A stretch of 64,000 bases of DNA from Psilocybe cubensis (taxonomy: Eukaryota): assembly GCA_017499595.2 (NCBI GenBank), contig CM038999.1:2480001-2544000 (forward strand). The letters run 5' to 3'. The notes below the pieces were generated by a model that had not been told where the DNA came from, ran no database searches, and saw nothing but the letters and a program-made list of their open reading frames with translations. Below are positions 10,815 to 22,884 of the stretch, piece after piece. The position numbers and the translations under genes were made by a program. Every line of letters begins with the position of its first letter. Positions within the stretch are counted from its first letter, which is position 1.

Positions 10815-13800
10815 TCATCGCAGAAGATCCAAACGCTGGTCGTTCGATGGATACCGGTAGGCAACAAATTCTGCGTCCTGCTGAACAAGATCTTCAAGCG
10901 CTTTTCGAGAAGTTACAGACATGCGCATATTGGGATTAGTTGGGCCTGAGCTAAATGTACTATGTCGTGACGTGGATGTTGCATATCCTGTATTGTTCAA
11001 TTCGTCTGGATTGTCATAGGACGAGTGTCCCATAGATGGAAATTCATGGTGTATGTTTTCTGGCACCACATTTGGTTCGCGCTTATCCTGCTTTTTTCCG
11101 AGAAGAGAAGAAAGGCCGAATCTGCTCTTCCGTTTGGTGGATGCGGGAGGCGATGTCTTTCTAAGCTGGTCGGTGACATGGTCCAGCCTTCCCAATGATC
11201 GTTGTGAAAAACCGAACTCGTCGTAACGTGATCCCAATGTCTGAGAAGAGTCAAAGTCAACAGGTCTACTGACAGGCATGGTTTGCAAATTTGGCCTTGA
11301 AGATGTTCCTCCGAAGGATTGACGTCTACCATCACCAGTCCTGAATGGTGCTTGAGGAGGCAAAAAATCGTGAGGTGGCTTAGTACCCGGGGGCAAGGTA
11401 CGAGGATCATATGTGTAAAGAGTGCGTGGCCTAAGATCAGACGGAAGTATGCGGGCAGGTTGTTCATTGGGAGGAAGAGGGGGTAATGATTTATCTCTCG
11501 ACAAAACGGAAGCCGGCCTAATAGAACTATTTTGACCGTTGCTAGGAGTAGAAGTCGTAGGTGGGAAGCTCGGACCACTGAGAGTGCGACGCAATTCCAT
11601 ATCGGAAGTCGTTGAGTGAATTGACTTCTGAGCCACATTGGCCGTCTTATTAGGGGCATCATCTGTACTGAACTTTTGTTCGGTATATTCAGGATCGTTG
11701 CCGATGCGACCATCAACAACTTCTATATCAGCCCCGAATGTACGCAATGAGACTGGGGAGGGCAACAAGCTTGACGGAGCAGTAGGCGGGGACATACCAG
11801 GAGGCGGTGAACCAAATTTGGGTGAAACAACAGAAGGCAGAGAAGGTGTTGAGGAATGTCGCATACCTCCTCCTGTGTGGAGGTCTGGGGGTCCTCTATC
11901 CACGAGATATGATAAAGGAGGCGGAGGCGCAAGAGGCAAATCGTCCTCTTGACCTTCATTCTTGGTGCCCGGGGTCGCTTGCTGAAAACCATCGTTCTTT
12001 CCGGTAACAATGCGCCAAATCTTGGCGAGCCCACCTTTCTTTTTCTTAACTCTGTCGTCTTGAAGTATTTGAGATCCATTGGCATCATCATAATCCGTTG
12101 GCATCCAAATCTTACTGCGCCTAGGGGTGTTGAGATCAATTGGTGGAGAAATTAGGGTACGAGAACCGGGTCTCTGGGCCTCACGATGCAGGGCGACGCT
12201 GATAAAATAGTGGTCAAGATTTTGAATACGTATATCCATAAAAATAGCTCACTGCATATCTACCATGCTTCCTGATATCCCAGATGGAGCAAGACTATCC
12301 TGACTTTTCCATCCTGCGCTAAGATTTTTCATACCAAAGAATCTTGTCCTACGAGGAGAGGCAGATCCCAAACTATGGACATCAGAGAAGGATGCGGTCG
12401 AATATGCCCGGGGCAAATCCGGTCGATCATGAGGGGTGGTAAGAACGCTTGTTGGACGCGTCGAACTCGAGTTGGAATACCTCGAGTAAGGCTTTAGGCT
12501 GCTCTCACCGGCCAGGGGCCCATTGCTTTGACCAGAAATTACAGACGTCACATCCATCATAGATCCTCTAGAAGACTTTCGCGCTCGTTTTTCTTCCCGT
12601 TTCTTGCGATCTCGGGCTTCTTTTTCTTCCTTTCGGACATCGACGTGTTCCACAATCATTCCATTTTCCAGCAAAGTGATTTCGCGCGAATGGGAACGTC
12701 CATGGCTTTGAGGTTGGCTAGCAGCATTGGTTAAAACTGGAGGTTTGATTCGTACTCCACCGGCATCATCAGCATGAGAAGGGCTGCTGCCCATATCGTA
12801 CGCCGAACGGCGAAGTTGTGAATATGCGTCTCGCATGCGATTGTCCAATTGTTTGGCTTCTTGCATAGCGCGAGCATGAGCAACCGCCTCTGCCTCTAGA
12901 AGCTTCCTTTGAGATTTGACATACGTATTAAGCGTTTGTTGCCGCGATGCAGGTTCACGAGGGTTCTGTGAGGAGACATGAGACTGATACTATCAAGTAA
13001 TTTGCTGGTACTTACAATACTAAGCCATAATTTGACATTCTGTTCGGTTAGACGACCTCCCTTAATTCTAGGTCTGGTGGAATCCTCAACTATAACCCCA
13101 TTGGCCTCGTCCTCCAATTCCCTAGCTTTGAGTTCCTCGAACACAACGTCACTGGCCCTTTCCCATACACCTGGAGAGGTAACATCTACATCAGCCATGT
13201 CTTGGTCGCGCATAGCACATTCCACACAAATTTCATCTTGGGGTGGAATAATTGGGGTATAGACAGTTTGCATTGGATCGGGCGCATTGGGTTGATTGAC
13301 GTAGATTGGCTGCTGGGCAGATGCCCGATGATTAGGGGCCAGTGGCGGCACATATGTTGGAGATGCTGATAGTGGCATTATCGGGGGAAATTGATTAGAA
13401 GGGTTCTGTCCAGGTGAGGAAGTCTTCCGATTAGTCGACGAGGGATTCGGGGATATTCGTCCTTGTGGTGATACGTTTTTCTGTTGCTCCTGTAGAATTG
13501 GCTGATTACGACCAAGAACTGTATCCGACGTGGCGTCAGGAGCGGATGGCCGTGTTTCGCTGGTTCCCTTGGATTGAGGACGTCTATCGTTGTCATCGAG
13601 GCTGTAGCGCTCGATGACTCGGCGAGCCGCTCCAGAAGGAAGTGCATAGGACAATGAAGAACGTGGAGGGTCTTGGAACGGTTCTGTGGGGAGAATAGTA
13701 GTCTCGGGAGGGAATCCTTCCTGTCGTGACGAAGGCCGCTGTACGTATGACTGTGATTCAGCCTGCCTTCGTTGCTCCGTCACGGATGCACCCCCTGACA

Positions 13801-14041
13801 GTGAATTTGCTGCAGCATACTCAATATTTTCACGTTGCTGTTCTCCGGCGTTGACATTGGACGGCACGTCCCAAGGGCGTTCCGTGGACAGTGGAACAGA
13901 AACAGTTGGTTGGGAAGGTTTAGTTTGGGAAGAAATGGTTGGATATCGATTGTCTCCATAGTCATATTCGTTCATAATTACGCGTGGATATAGAGAACTC
14001 GCGCCTGCATCGTTTCTCGAAGGATGGAGAGTAGCTGCCAT
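10815..14041 (-). CDS. Uncharacterised Pro/Ser-rich fungal protein, 3 large exons
   Basis: ORFs of 381, 205 and 474 aa joined by two GT-AG introns; islands ICVECAMRDQDMADVDV, LENGMIVEHVDV and FVAYRYPS. Confidence 0.8.
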
Positions 14042-14435
14042 GGACTAAGGAAAAGAAAGAATACGGTGAAATCCTTGGAAATATCGTCCCCCGTGGCAGG
14101 TATGAATGATCGATGAACAGATGAACAAAGAAATAGAAAGTTAACCAGATAACGACTATGCGACGGCGAGTTTTATCAACGAAGGTTCTCGACACAGTGC
14201 ACGACGCCAACGAGCAGCTGGTTGTCTCGCCGTTGTTGGCTGGAATGAAGCCAAGGCTGTGAATTATACTCATTCAGTCAAGTGTGATTCCTTGACTCTC
14301 GGCAAATGCCGCTGATGACTACTTATATTAAACGTTGCAGCAGGTGAAACCTTCATAGGTAAACAAACTTATGGAAGGAACGCTAGCAGTTTCAACAACA
14401 ATCATGTATATAACCCGTCATCCAACGCTCGACAT

Positions 14436-15501
14436 TTACTTACGATACCTGGATTAATTGTCATGTAAGGTGCTTGATGTTTATTCGTTGTTGTGCCGAC
14501 TTACCAGAGTACTCCCTTCCGACTTCTCCTCATTTTACGTTGTAACTGAAGCATACCATATAGGAGCGCTTCTGCGGTTGGAGGACACCCGGGAACGTAG
14601 ATATCGACAGGGACGATACCTATGCCAATGTTAATTTTCACAAGCAACTGCCTAAATTTGCAGGAAGAAACCTACGGTCGCATCCACGAACGACTGAATA
14701 CGAATAGTGGTAATAACCACCGCCATTAGCACATGAACCCATGGAAATAACCCAACCTATAAAGCGCTATTAGTGCATATACCTAAAGGGAGCACAAATG
14801 TGAACATACGAGGCTCTGGCATTTGATCGTAAACCTTTCGCAGAGCCGGTGCCATTTTGTTGGTGAGAGTTCCGGCAACAATCATAATATCGCTCTGTCT
14901 GGGGCTGGCACGGAAAACAACACCCAATCTATCTTGATCGTAACGGGCAGCAGCCATATGCATCATCTCCACGGCACAGCAGGCCAGACCTAGAGATTGA
15001 AATGTCTAGGTATGGAACGTTGAGATGTGCGAGGACGCACCGAAAGTCATGGGCCACATAGAACCCTGCCTGGCCCAGTTAGTCACTTTATCCAAAGTCG
15101 ACAGCACATATTCTGCCTATCAATGAGAACAAGGTCTTTGTACGGTCCGCACAATATAACATACCGGCTTTATTCTGAGGGGTCTCCAAACTAAGTTGCA
15201 TAGAACCCTGTTGTGCCAATCTGGGCGCGGGTTCCCTGCTAGCTTCAGCAGCAACAGAGGTCTGCTTCTGTTCGGCTTGCTTCAAACTCCTCGAAGTATG
15301 GAAGGAATGATTGGCTAAATGACGAGTTCGGTGAAATGTATGTCGTGCGGCGAAATTCGTAAAATACGAACCCATCACGCCCACCTGGGACGACAAGGCA
15401 GCTCGACGAGCAACGTTTGGAGCTAAAGGTATAATTGAGAGGTCATTTACAACAAAATCCATTAGGCCAAACTAACCTGCAAATTTGAGGATGAGGGACA
15501 T
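14436..15501 (-). CDS. NDUFS7: NADH:ubiquinone oxidoreductase PSST/20 kDa Fe-S subunit
   Basis: [45 protein letters not shown]; last 13-nt exon encodes (W)YRK*. Confidence 0.96.
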
Positions 15502-15581
15502 GACGGAAGAGGTGATGGGGATGGGTACGTCGGGGTCGCCGTTGTGCTTTAAGGAAACCCGATCTTAACGATTGGTTCTCA

Positions 15582-15589
15582 GTCACGTG
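15582..15589. promoter_or_regulatory. GTCACGTG E-box (Cbf1-type bHLH site) next to a CCAAT box, upstream of NDUFS7
   Basis: GTCACGTG at 15582-15589 and ATTGG at 15571-15575, about 70-90 nt upstream of the ATG. Confidence 0.4.
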
Positions 15590-15981
15590 TGAGGTCTCAA
15601 CTACGCCACCACGGGGGCTCGCGGGGGCACTGAGCACTCCGTTTTCACATCTCCCCATGCCATTTCTGATTCTCCTACTCACTGGTTACACCAATGTTGT
15701 TAGGCGGTTGTATGTCCATCCAGCAAGAATATGATATTCAATAAATAGTCGGTTCAAATTGTGTTACAGATCTGAGACTGATAGTGTGCTATAGTATACA
15801 TTACAAAATGCTTTAACAACGAACGATACGAAAGGAAAGGGTAAAAAATGGCGAAAAATGCACGATACGTCTGAAAAAATAGTTCCGAAATGACGAAAAA
15901 TGCTGGAAAAATCGAAAGATTGAATGAAGAAAGAGATAGTTAATGTAATGACTGTAGAAAAGTTGGATCCTGATCTTGATC

Positions 15982-17640
15982 TTAGACAAACGAAGGTGGC
16001 CGTAACCAGGCGTGGGCTTTGATTTCAGAGATATCGGCACGGCTTGTGGGGTTTGGGTCAAGGCATCGACGCATTAGATCCATTGCCTTGTCCGGTATTT
16101 TACCTACCACTTTCTCAGAAAGAAAGATGCGACCATCGGCGGCGTCACGAGCAGTGGGGAAAGGAGATACACCGGCAAGGAGGTACGACAATAAAATTCC
16201 CAATGTCCATATTTCAGCGGGAGCAGCCTGGTATTCCTTCTTTAGAAGGATTTCTGATGACGCGTATGCCGCTGTTCCGCAGAAGGTCTGATAAAAAGGG
16301 CGTGGTTTAACCGGGTCGAACGCGACCGCACTGCCAAAATCGATAAGTTTAACCTGAAAATGAGATGAGCACTGAAAGAGATGAATGGAAGTCAAGTTAA
16401 ACATACCTTCAAATTTTTATCGATGACCAAGTTTTCATCCTTTATATCCCGATGTACAATGTTGTGATCATGAAGATACTGAACAGCATCAACAACTTGG
16501 GAAAAAACAAAACGAGCTTGAGCCTCATTTAATTTTTTGTGCTCTGACTGTTCAATACATTCAAAAAGGTCGTGGGAGGGTCGACGGGTAAACTCTGGCC
16601 GACTGCTGTCCTGGATAATTGCAAGTTGGGAATGAAGAAGCTTCGGAATCGCGGCACCATTGGAAACATGAGGACGATCGTGTTCATTCTCTGGATGGAG
16701 GGAGGCAAACACATGTGGAGGAGTGTTTGGTTCAGAGGCTGGTAATGAGGAATGTGAGGATGATGGTGACAAAGACGGTGTAGGCATTGAAGAGGATGAA
16801 TGAGATGCGAAGTAATAACAGGGAGGTTGGGCGTCTAATTTATGATCCTTGTGCCAAGGAGAACCATGCAGTTCCTGAACCTGATCATAGACATCAGTGA
16901 ATGACCCATGAAAGAAGAATAAGAAGAAAAAGCACCAAGTAATAAAAGCGGTCATCTTCAAAGACGGCTAAACACTTGACAATGTTCGGATGGCTGATAT
17001 GGGTGAGTATCAAGACCTCCGTTGGTATTCTCCCGGAAATAGGATCTTCTGTCCATGCATGTTCAGGAACCTTGTCTTTGATGATGAACTTGACAGCGAC
17101 CTCATCACCCTCAATGCGATGATATGCTGTCATGACAAAACCGTACCCGCCCGAACCGAGTTCATCCTCCAGTTGATATTTCTGCGCAAAGGCGGTGTTG
17201 AGACAATGACCTGGAGGAAACTGGGGGGAATAAACACAAGCATCTGTGTTGTAAACGACAAGAGGCGGGATTTCGTGGATCGCATGACCCAGGTGAAGTC
17301 CCAATCGATTTTCTTCTATACCGATGTAGGACAAATCATTCTGGACAGTGTCTGGACACGAAGAAAAGAAAGACCCTGCTTTCAATTCCAAATGTTGCTC
17401 CAGCATTGGCGGAGTAGGCGGCAAAGTTTTAGCGGATTGCGGGGTACGAGAGAATGAGGCCATGCAGAAGCGATCCGACTGAACACGTTGCCTTGTACTG
17501 GAATAAGATTGGCGAGTAGAGTTGTTTGAGATAACACCACAGGTGATACTGCGTTGGCGAGTGGAGGGTTGGGATGCCAGCAAGGAGAGGGTAGTGGAAG
17601 GAAGCCTCGAAGAGTCTGGAGCGTGGTTTTGAAGAAACAT
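15982..17640 (-). CDS. Ser/Thr protein kinase, CAMKL/PAS-kinase-like catalytic domain
   Basis: GSGGYG, VAVK, HRDIKDEN, DFG, FCGTAAYASSE; two introns. Confidence 0.9.
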
Positions 17641-18002
17641 GGAGGAAAAGTGAAACACGGCGAGCCGAGGTATCTAAGAATCTAAGCAGAGACAATCTAG
17701 CAGTCTAACAGAAAAAGAAAAAAAAAGAAAACAGGGACTTGAATCGTGTATGGGCGGAGCAGGGCACATGCCAGCCCTGTGAATTCAAAACAACGATCAG
17801 CGGAACGGGGTTTCGGAATCGACCTACTTTAGGAACACCGTCCCTTCTATTTCGGGCACGGATGTATCTCGGTCACTTTACTCAATTTTCACTTTCTATA
17901 CAGCCCGCCGGCTACGGCTACGGTATCTTGCTAAATATGCCCCAGTGCCCACCGAGACCCATTCGCCACCGCCACGGCAAATATTTTTCAACTCTTTCAT
18001 CA

Positions 18003-19791
18003 TCATCCACTACCTAGGTCCAATACGTCGGCCAGCGACCACATATAATACACAGCTATCGGCCACGGCCTATCAGTTGTCTGTTGTTCAGCCAGATCAT
18101 TCCGTATCTCACCAATGCTTCTGTATGGTCTCCAGCATGCCGTCAAGTCTGCCATCTCCTGTGGAGTTACAAACGCGCCTCTACACTTCAATTTAGCATT
18201 GTTATACACGCCTTACTAGATTAACTTACTTGATTTTGTTCTTTGGGTCCAATCTCGCTTTTAAAACCTCAACGTCCATTCCACTTGGCAGAGGAACAAC
18301 TGCTCCTCCCACTTTGTTCAGCGTCTTTTTAATGGATGGTGTAAAAGCTGGCGGTATGGAGGGTAGGTCTTCTGCCTCATAAGATACACCCGGGACGGTA
18401 GAGGCAGTGTTTTCCTCCTCATTGGCCGCTATCCGGGCCTTTCCCTTTTTCCCCTTGTTTTTCTTCGTTGCAGTACCAGTACCGCCCAATTTCTCAGGGG
18501 ACAGTGTATAGGTATGCGCAGGTGAATGGAGGGACAGAAACCACCGGACCACCCCTCTTTGCACTCCAAGGTCACCTGGGAGATTCAGACTTTGGTGTGA
18601 GGTTACTCTGCGAAAACATCTGTCTCACCCACTGGGAGAATGTCGGGGCGTCGAAGTGAGAAGATGGCAAACATGTCAACTGCGATCAACAGGGTTAGCG
18701 TCTTCGTTGACGGATACTGAATGGATTAGCGGTACCGGTCCACTTGAATTCGTAATGTATGTAGTGAGTTTGTGGTTGCCTTGAACTGAAGTTGTCTTAC
18801 CCGTCCAATCCCCCTGACTTCGATCAGCATCTCCGCGAGTTCATCATCATTTGCTTCTAAGAGTTTCCGAGTGGAGAGGCGGCCGTCCGCAAACCTCACG
18901 GCAAGGTCACGAACTACATATGGAATTGCGCAATTAACGTCTGGTGAATGGGGGAACTTATCTTAAACGTACTATATTCTGCTTTTCGAGCACTCAGACC
19001 AGCAGTTCTGAGAATGGATACGTCGGTGTTTGCTACCTGGCGAGGAGTTGGGAAACATGTAATTTTTTTGCCTCTTCAATGGTGTTAAATGAATAATTGA
19101 TGGTCTCATCAAAATCAAAAGTACACGTACTCTTCATCGGAAAGTTTCTCCGGCAGAGAAGGATAATACAACCTAATAAATCTATGGGTAATCGAACGGG
19201 CGGCAAGCCATGAAATCTGTTGTCCTCTGAGACCAATTAGTAAGAGCGATAGGATTGAAAGATAGCGGCCTGAACGCGGGTAGCTATGCTCACAGAATGG
19301 ATATAACAAGGGCACTGAATCAAATTTTGCGTTAGCTTCAGTCGTTGCGATCTAGACACAGTACCATAGACCGACAACCCCTACCGAAACGGATGAACCT
19401 GTTCAAGATGTTCGAACGGCTTGCATTTCATCTTGGTAAATAGTTCTTCAAAGCGTTGGTCAATTTGAATGAGGTGGCGCTTCGCTTCTTCCAGATCAAA
19501 TGATAGCACGGCTGGGACAAACACCACTTCTTCTTCTTCTTCTTCAGAACTTGGTTTTGGGACAATAGGAAGGGCTGGGGAGACTTTCTGACCAATCTCT
19601 GGTAAATTTGCAGTGCTTTCCAGCTCTTCGCGCAGAGCATCTGGGCGATAAGTTGCATTTCTTGGCCTTGCTTTAAGATTGCGTGTATTCTTCGTGTCTA
19701 CTGTATCACCTGAAGGCATAGGTTGAACACTAACGTCGCGCGCTGTAAGTTTACTTGCTAAGCGCGTAGATGAGCGTCTAATGATGGGCAT
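18003..19791 (-). CDS. MAG1: DNA-3-methyladenine glycosylase (HhH-GPD, AlkA/Mag1 family)
   Basis: GQQISWLAARSI, GLSARKAEY, VRGIGR|WT|VDMFAIFSLRRPDILPVG|DLG, WRPYRS. Confidence 0.92.
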
Positions 19792-20104
19792 GATGGATGT
19801 TCGGTGCAGGAGGTGATAGATAGCCGGGTTCCGAATGACACCAATAATCTTTATATTCGCAAAATGTTGGATAAAGCTGGAGGACGCAGAAGTTAGATTG
19901 TGGTGGGTGCAAAGAGTTAAATTTCTAGGTATGTCTAATACGCCCCTGCACAAGTCATCTTACAAATCGAATGATTAATGACTCGTGATGTGATGCAGAG
20001 TACTACTATCATTGACCAGACGTTCGGTTTGACCACTGATTCGTTTTGATGGCTGATCATCAGTAATTGAAAGTAGCGTCAATTATCAACCAATTCATTC
20101 AGCA

Positions 20105-20590
20105 ATGGGAGTAAGTCTTTTAAGATTTACCAGCCCTCATGATACTATGCCCAGGAGTTGTCCCTCTGACTGTTCCCTACCCTGACTCTTTAGCAGAGTA
20201 TATCGTTGTTGTCATGAAAGACTGTTGCACATGGTGCTTTCGCGCCACCCTCTTTCTGTAGATACACTACTCTCTGACATATGGTCCTCCACAACGGAGA
20301 ATAAATTAGGTTTTTAAAATAATCATGAACCACATACAAATCGAACAATATGCCAAACATGTTAAATACACAATTTTTCTATGGGATTTGCTGCCACGAT
20401 TTCCAACAATGTTTTACTTATTATCTTTCCTCAGGGTATACAATATGATCGATTACATCGGTGGGTTTCCTTATTTCTGCTAGTCTTTCAATCATAATTC
20501 TCTTCGAAGCCTGGCTCAATCGCGCGTATTGATAAACCTACCAGAAATCCGATTGTTATAATGACTACTCACAATAAGTGCAATTGATCA
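20105..20590 (+). pseudogene. Degenerate peptidase inhibitor I9 (POIA1/IB2-like) gene
   Basis: Collinear fragments YIV, VFK..QIEQYAKHV, MGFAATI (shifted frame), NMIDYI, PGSIARI; internal deletion and lost final acceptor. Confidence 0.6.
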
Positions 20591-20729
20591 AGAATCATTG
20601 ATTGTCTTTGTAAATATAAACGCGTGATAAATGGTCGGAAATCAATCGTAATTGTCATAAGTCTGCTACTGCTGTGGGTAACAGCGAGTTGTTAATGTTG
20701 TCATGAGGTGACCCATACCAAAAACACGT

Positions 20730-22361
20730 TTATTTGTTTGCTTGAGGAGACGCAGCAATATCAACGATAGAGTAGATAGGTGTCGACGGAGTCACCTTCT
20801 TCGCGGATTGTGCTGCTGGTTCTTGTGATTTATTTTGATTTGGAGGATCCGGAAAGTCCCACGGACGAGGAACCTGGTATCATGATACAGTAAGCATTTG
20901 ATCAGAAACAATATCGATATTATGTTCACCATTGCAGCAGGCATTATCCTTGATAAAAACGCATATAGTTAAATTGAAAATATTTACCCGTACAGTGTAG
21001 ATCCCACATACCACGTAGCTGCACACACCACCCCTCGCCCTTCGTCTTTTTTCCGAATTGCATCGAATTCAAAATCTATGAATTGGGCTATATATCGAAC
21101 AAAAGGCAGAATCTCCCGTACGCCATTATTGATAAGTGACAAGGCAGTTAGGAAGTTGATAACGGCTCCAGATATGGATTGTGCGTTCTGGCCAACATCA
21201 ATCAACTAACGAAGAATTCAAGCGGGAAAGAAGCACATACATCAAGAAACTGCAATGAAGGAGGTGGTAATATAATTTCTAATCCCCACCAATCTAAAAC
21301 GGTTTAATGAAAGTTTCAAATGGCATGACCGGCACTTACATGTCAAGACAGAAATTCGATCCGTAGGAGGGTGTATTCCTAGGAGAGATGTGAGCATATA
21401 GTACGGAGGCATGAAATTTGATCAAAGTTGCACCTGAATGATCGGGAGTGAATGCCTTCCCAGTAGCATAACCCAAAGCCATCAATTGTGGGGTGATCTG
21501 CTTCATTCCTTCCATGACAGTCTCTGCTGTAGGCAATGCTCCTGCTAGTAATCCATTTCCATCTCCTGGTTGACCTAATCCTAAATCAGGCGAAGTGATC
21601 AAATTGATTACGTGCATATCGTTGAACATGTTTGCAAGTGCATCGATTGGCGCAGACGCGACAGTAACCATCGACAAATTGGCATCGAGAAGCGCGCGAG
21701 GCCTATCGGGTTGTGAGAGTTTTGCAAAATGTAAAAGGTGTTCTTCGTGATCTGAGTGTTCCAAGCACACGGCATGAATTGGTGTATTGAAAGCGAACGC
21801 GATGGTTTCCGAAGGTTCATGCATGGCAGGAAGTCGACGGAGGTGTGCAATAATCTTATTTGCTAAACCAGGCTTCATAAGATGAGACTTTATCTGGTTC
21901 AACTGAGGTTTCGCCAATGCAGTCGTCAACCTGGGTTCTGCGATGGTCGGACCAATGATGAGAGACCGAACAGCTAGAGCGGACCTACGCGCCCGTTTAT
22001 CGTCTTTGGAAATATGCGCCTTTTGCTTAATTATGGATCCCGCTGAGAAATATCTGTTTCTTTCATCTTGTTCAACAGGAGGAGAAAGGACAGGCGTCGG
22101 CTGCTTGCGAACAAAAGAGCGGATCGAGAAACGCCTGATATAGACTTTGACTGCGCCACTAGTTGCCTTGAATCCAACAGCATTGGCCTGACTAGTTTTA
22201 CTGAATGTTGATGCTTTTTCTTGAGTGGATGCCATGTTATCATGTGGTGAAGCTGAAAAACCATCGCTAACAGCCAAAGTGTGCCCCACTACAACAAGAC
22301 TTCCTTCTCGGTCCTCTGCCCGTTTGGTAGCTGAATAAGAAAAGTAGTTAAAAACACCCAT
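20730..22361 (-). CDS. Uncharacterised fungal protein
   Basis: 341-aa first exon plus short exons (PPTDRISVLT|YWWGLEIILPPPSL, GVVCAATW, VPRPWDFPDPP). Confidence 0.75.
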
Positions 22362-22884
22362 TTACTGTTGAAGGTTAGCATATGTAATCAGAGATGATGG
22401 GAAGATCTTACATTTGTGAAGAGCGGAAGTTATCGTGCGCTCTGCGGTCGGTTGGATGTCGTTTGACTCTTGGGAATGGTAAAGCTCCCCAACCAAGTGG
22501 TGGCCTTATAAAGGATAAGACCGCAATCTGAATCGTTCAGGCTGACATATATAGCAGTCTTGGAAAGAAGGATGGTCCAGTTTCGATTACAATGGTGATA
22601 GCTATACGTGAGGAGTGACTGCCTTCCCATCTGTCGTTTCTCGGCTCGACTCGATAGAATACCATATCAGGAAATACCGCCGAAGAAACGCACGTGAAAT
22701 ATGTGTATATATATATGATATCATGACATCACGATGCGGCCTTCTAGGCTTTCATTTTCCTTATTCAGTTCGGCTCGCAGTTAGCTTATTTAGGCTAATT
22801 TTAGCCTCTTAATTTTTAAATTACATTTTAACACTGTGAGTCATTCGACAGACTCAAAGAGTGCGATCGTCTTGCCCACACATC

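Noticed and set aside
19980..20062. TGATG...CTGA arrangement as a box C/D snoRNA
   Set aside because: No canonical RTGATGA box C and no rRNA-complementary guide that I could identify
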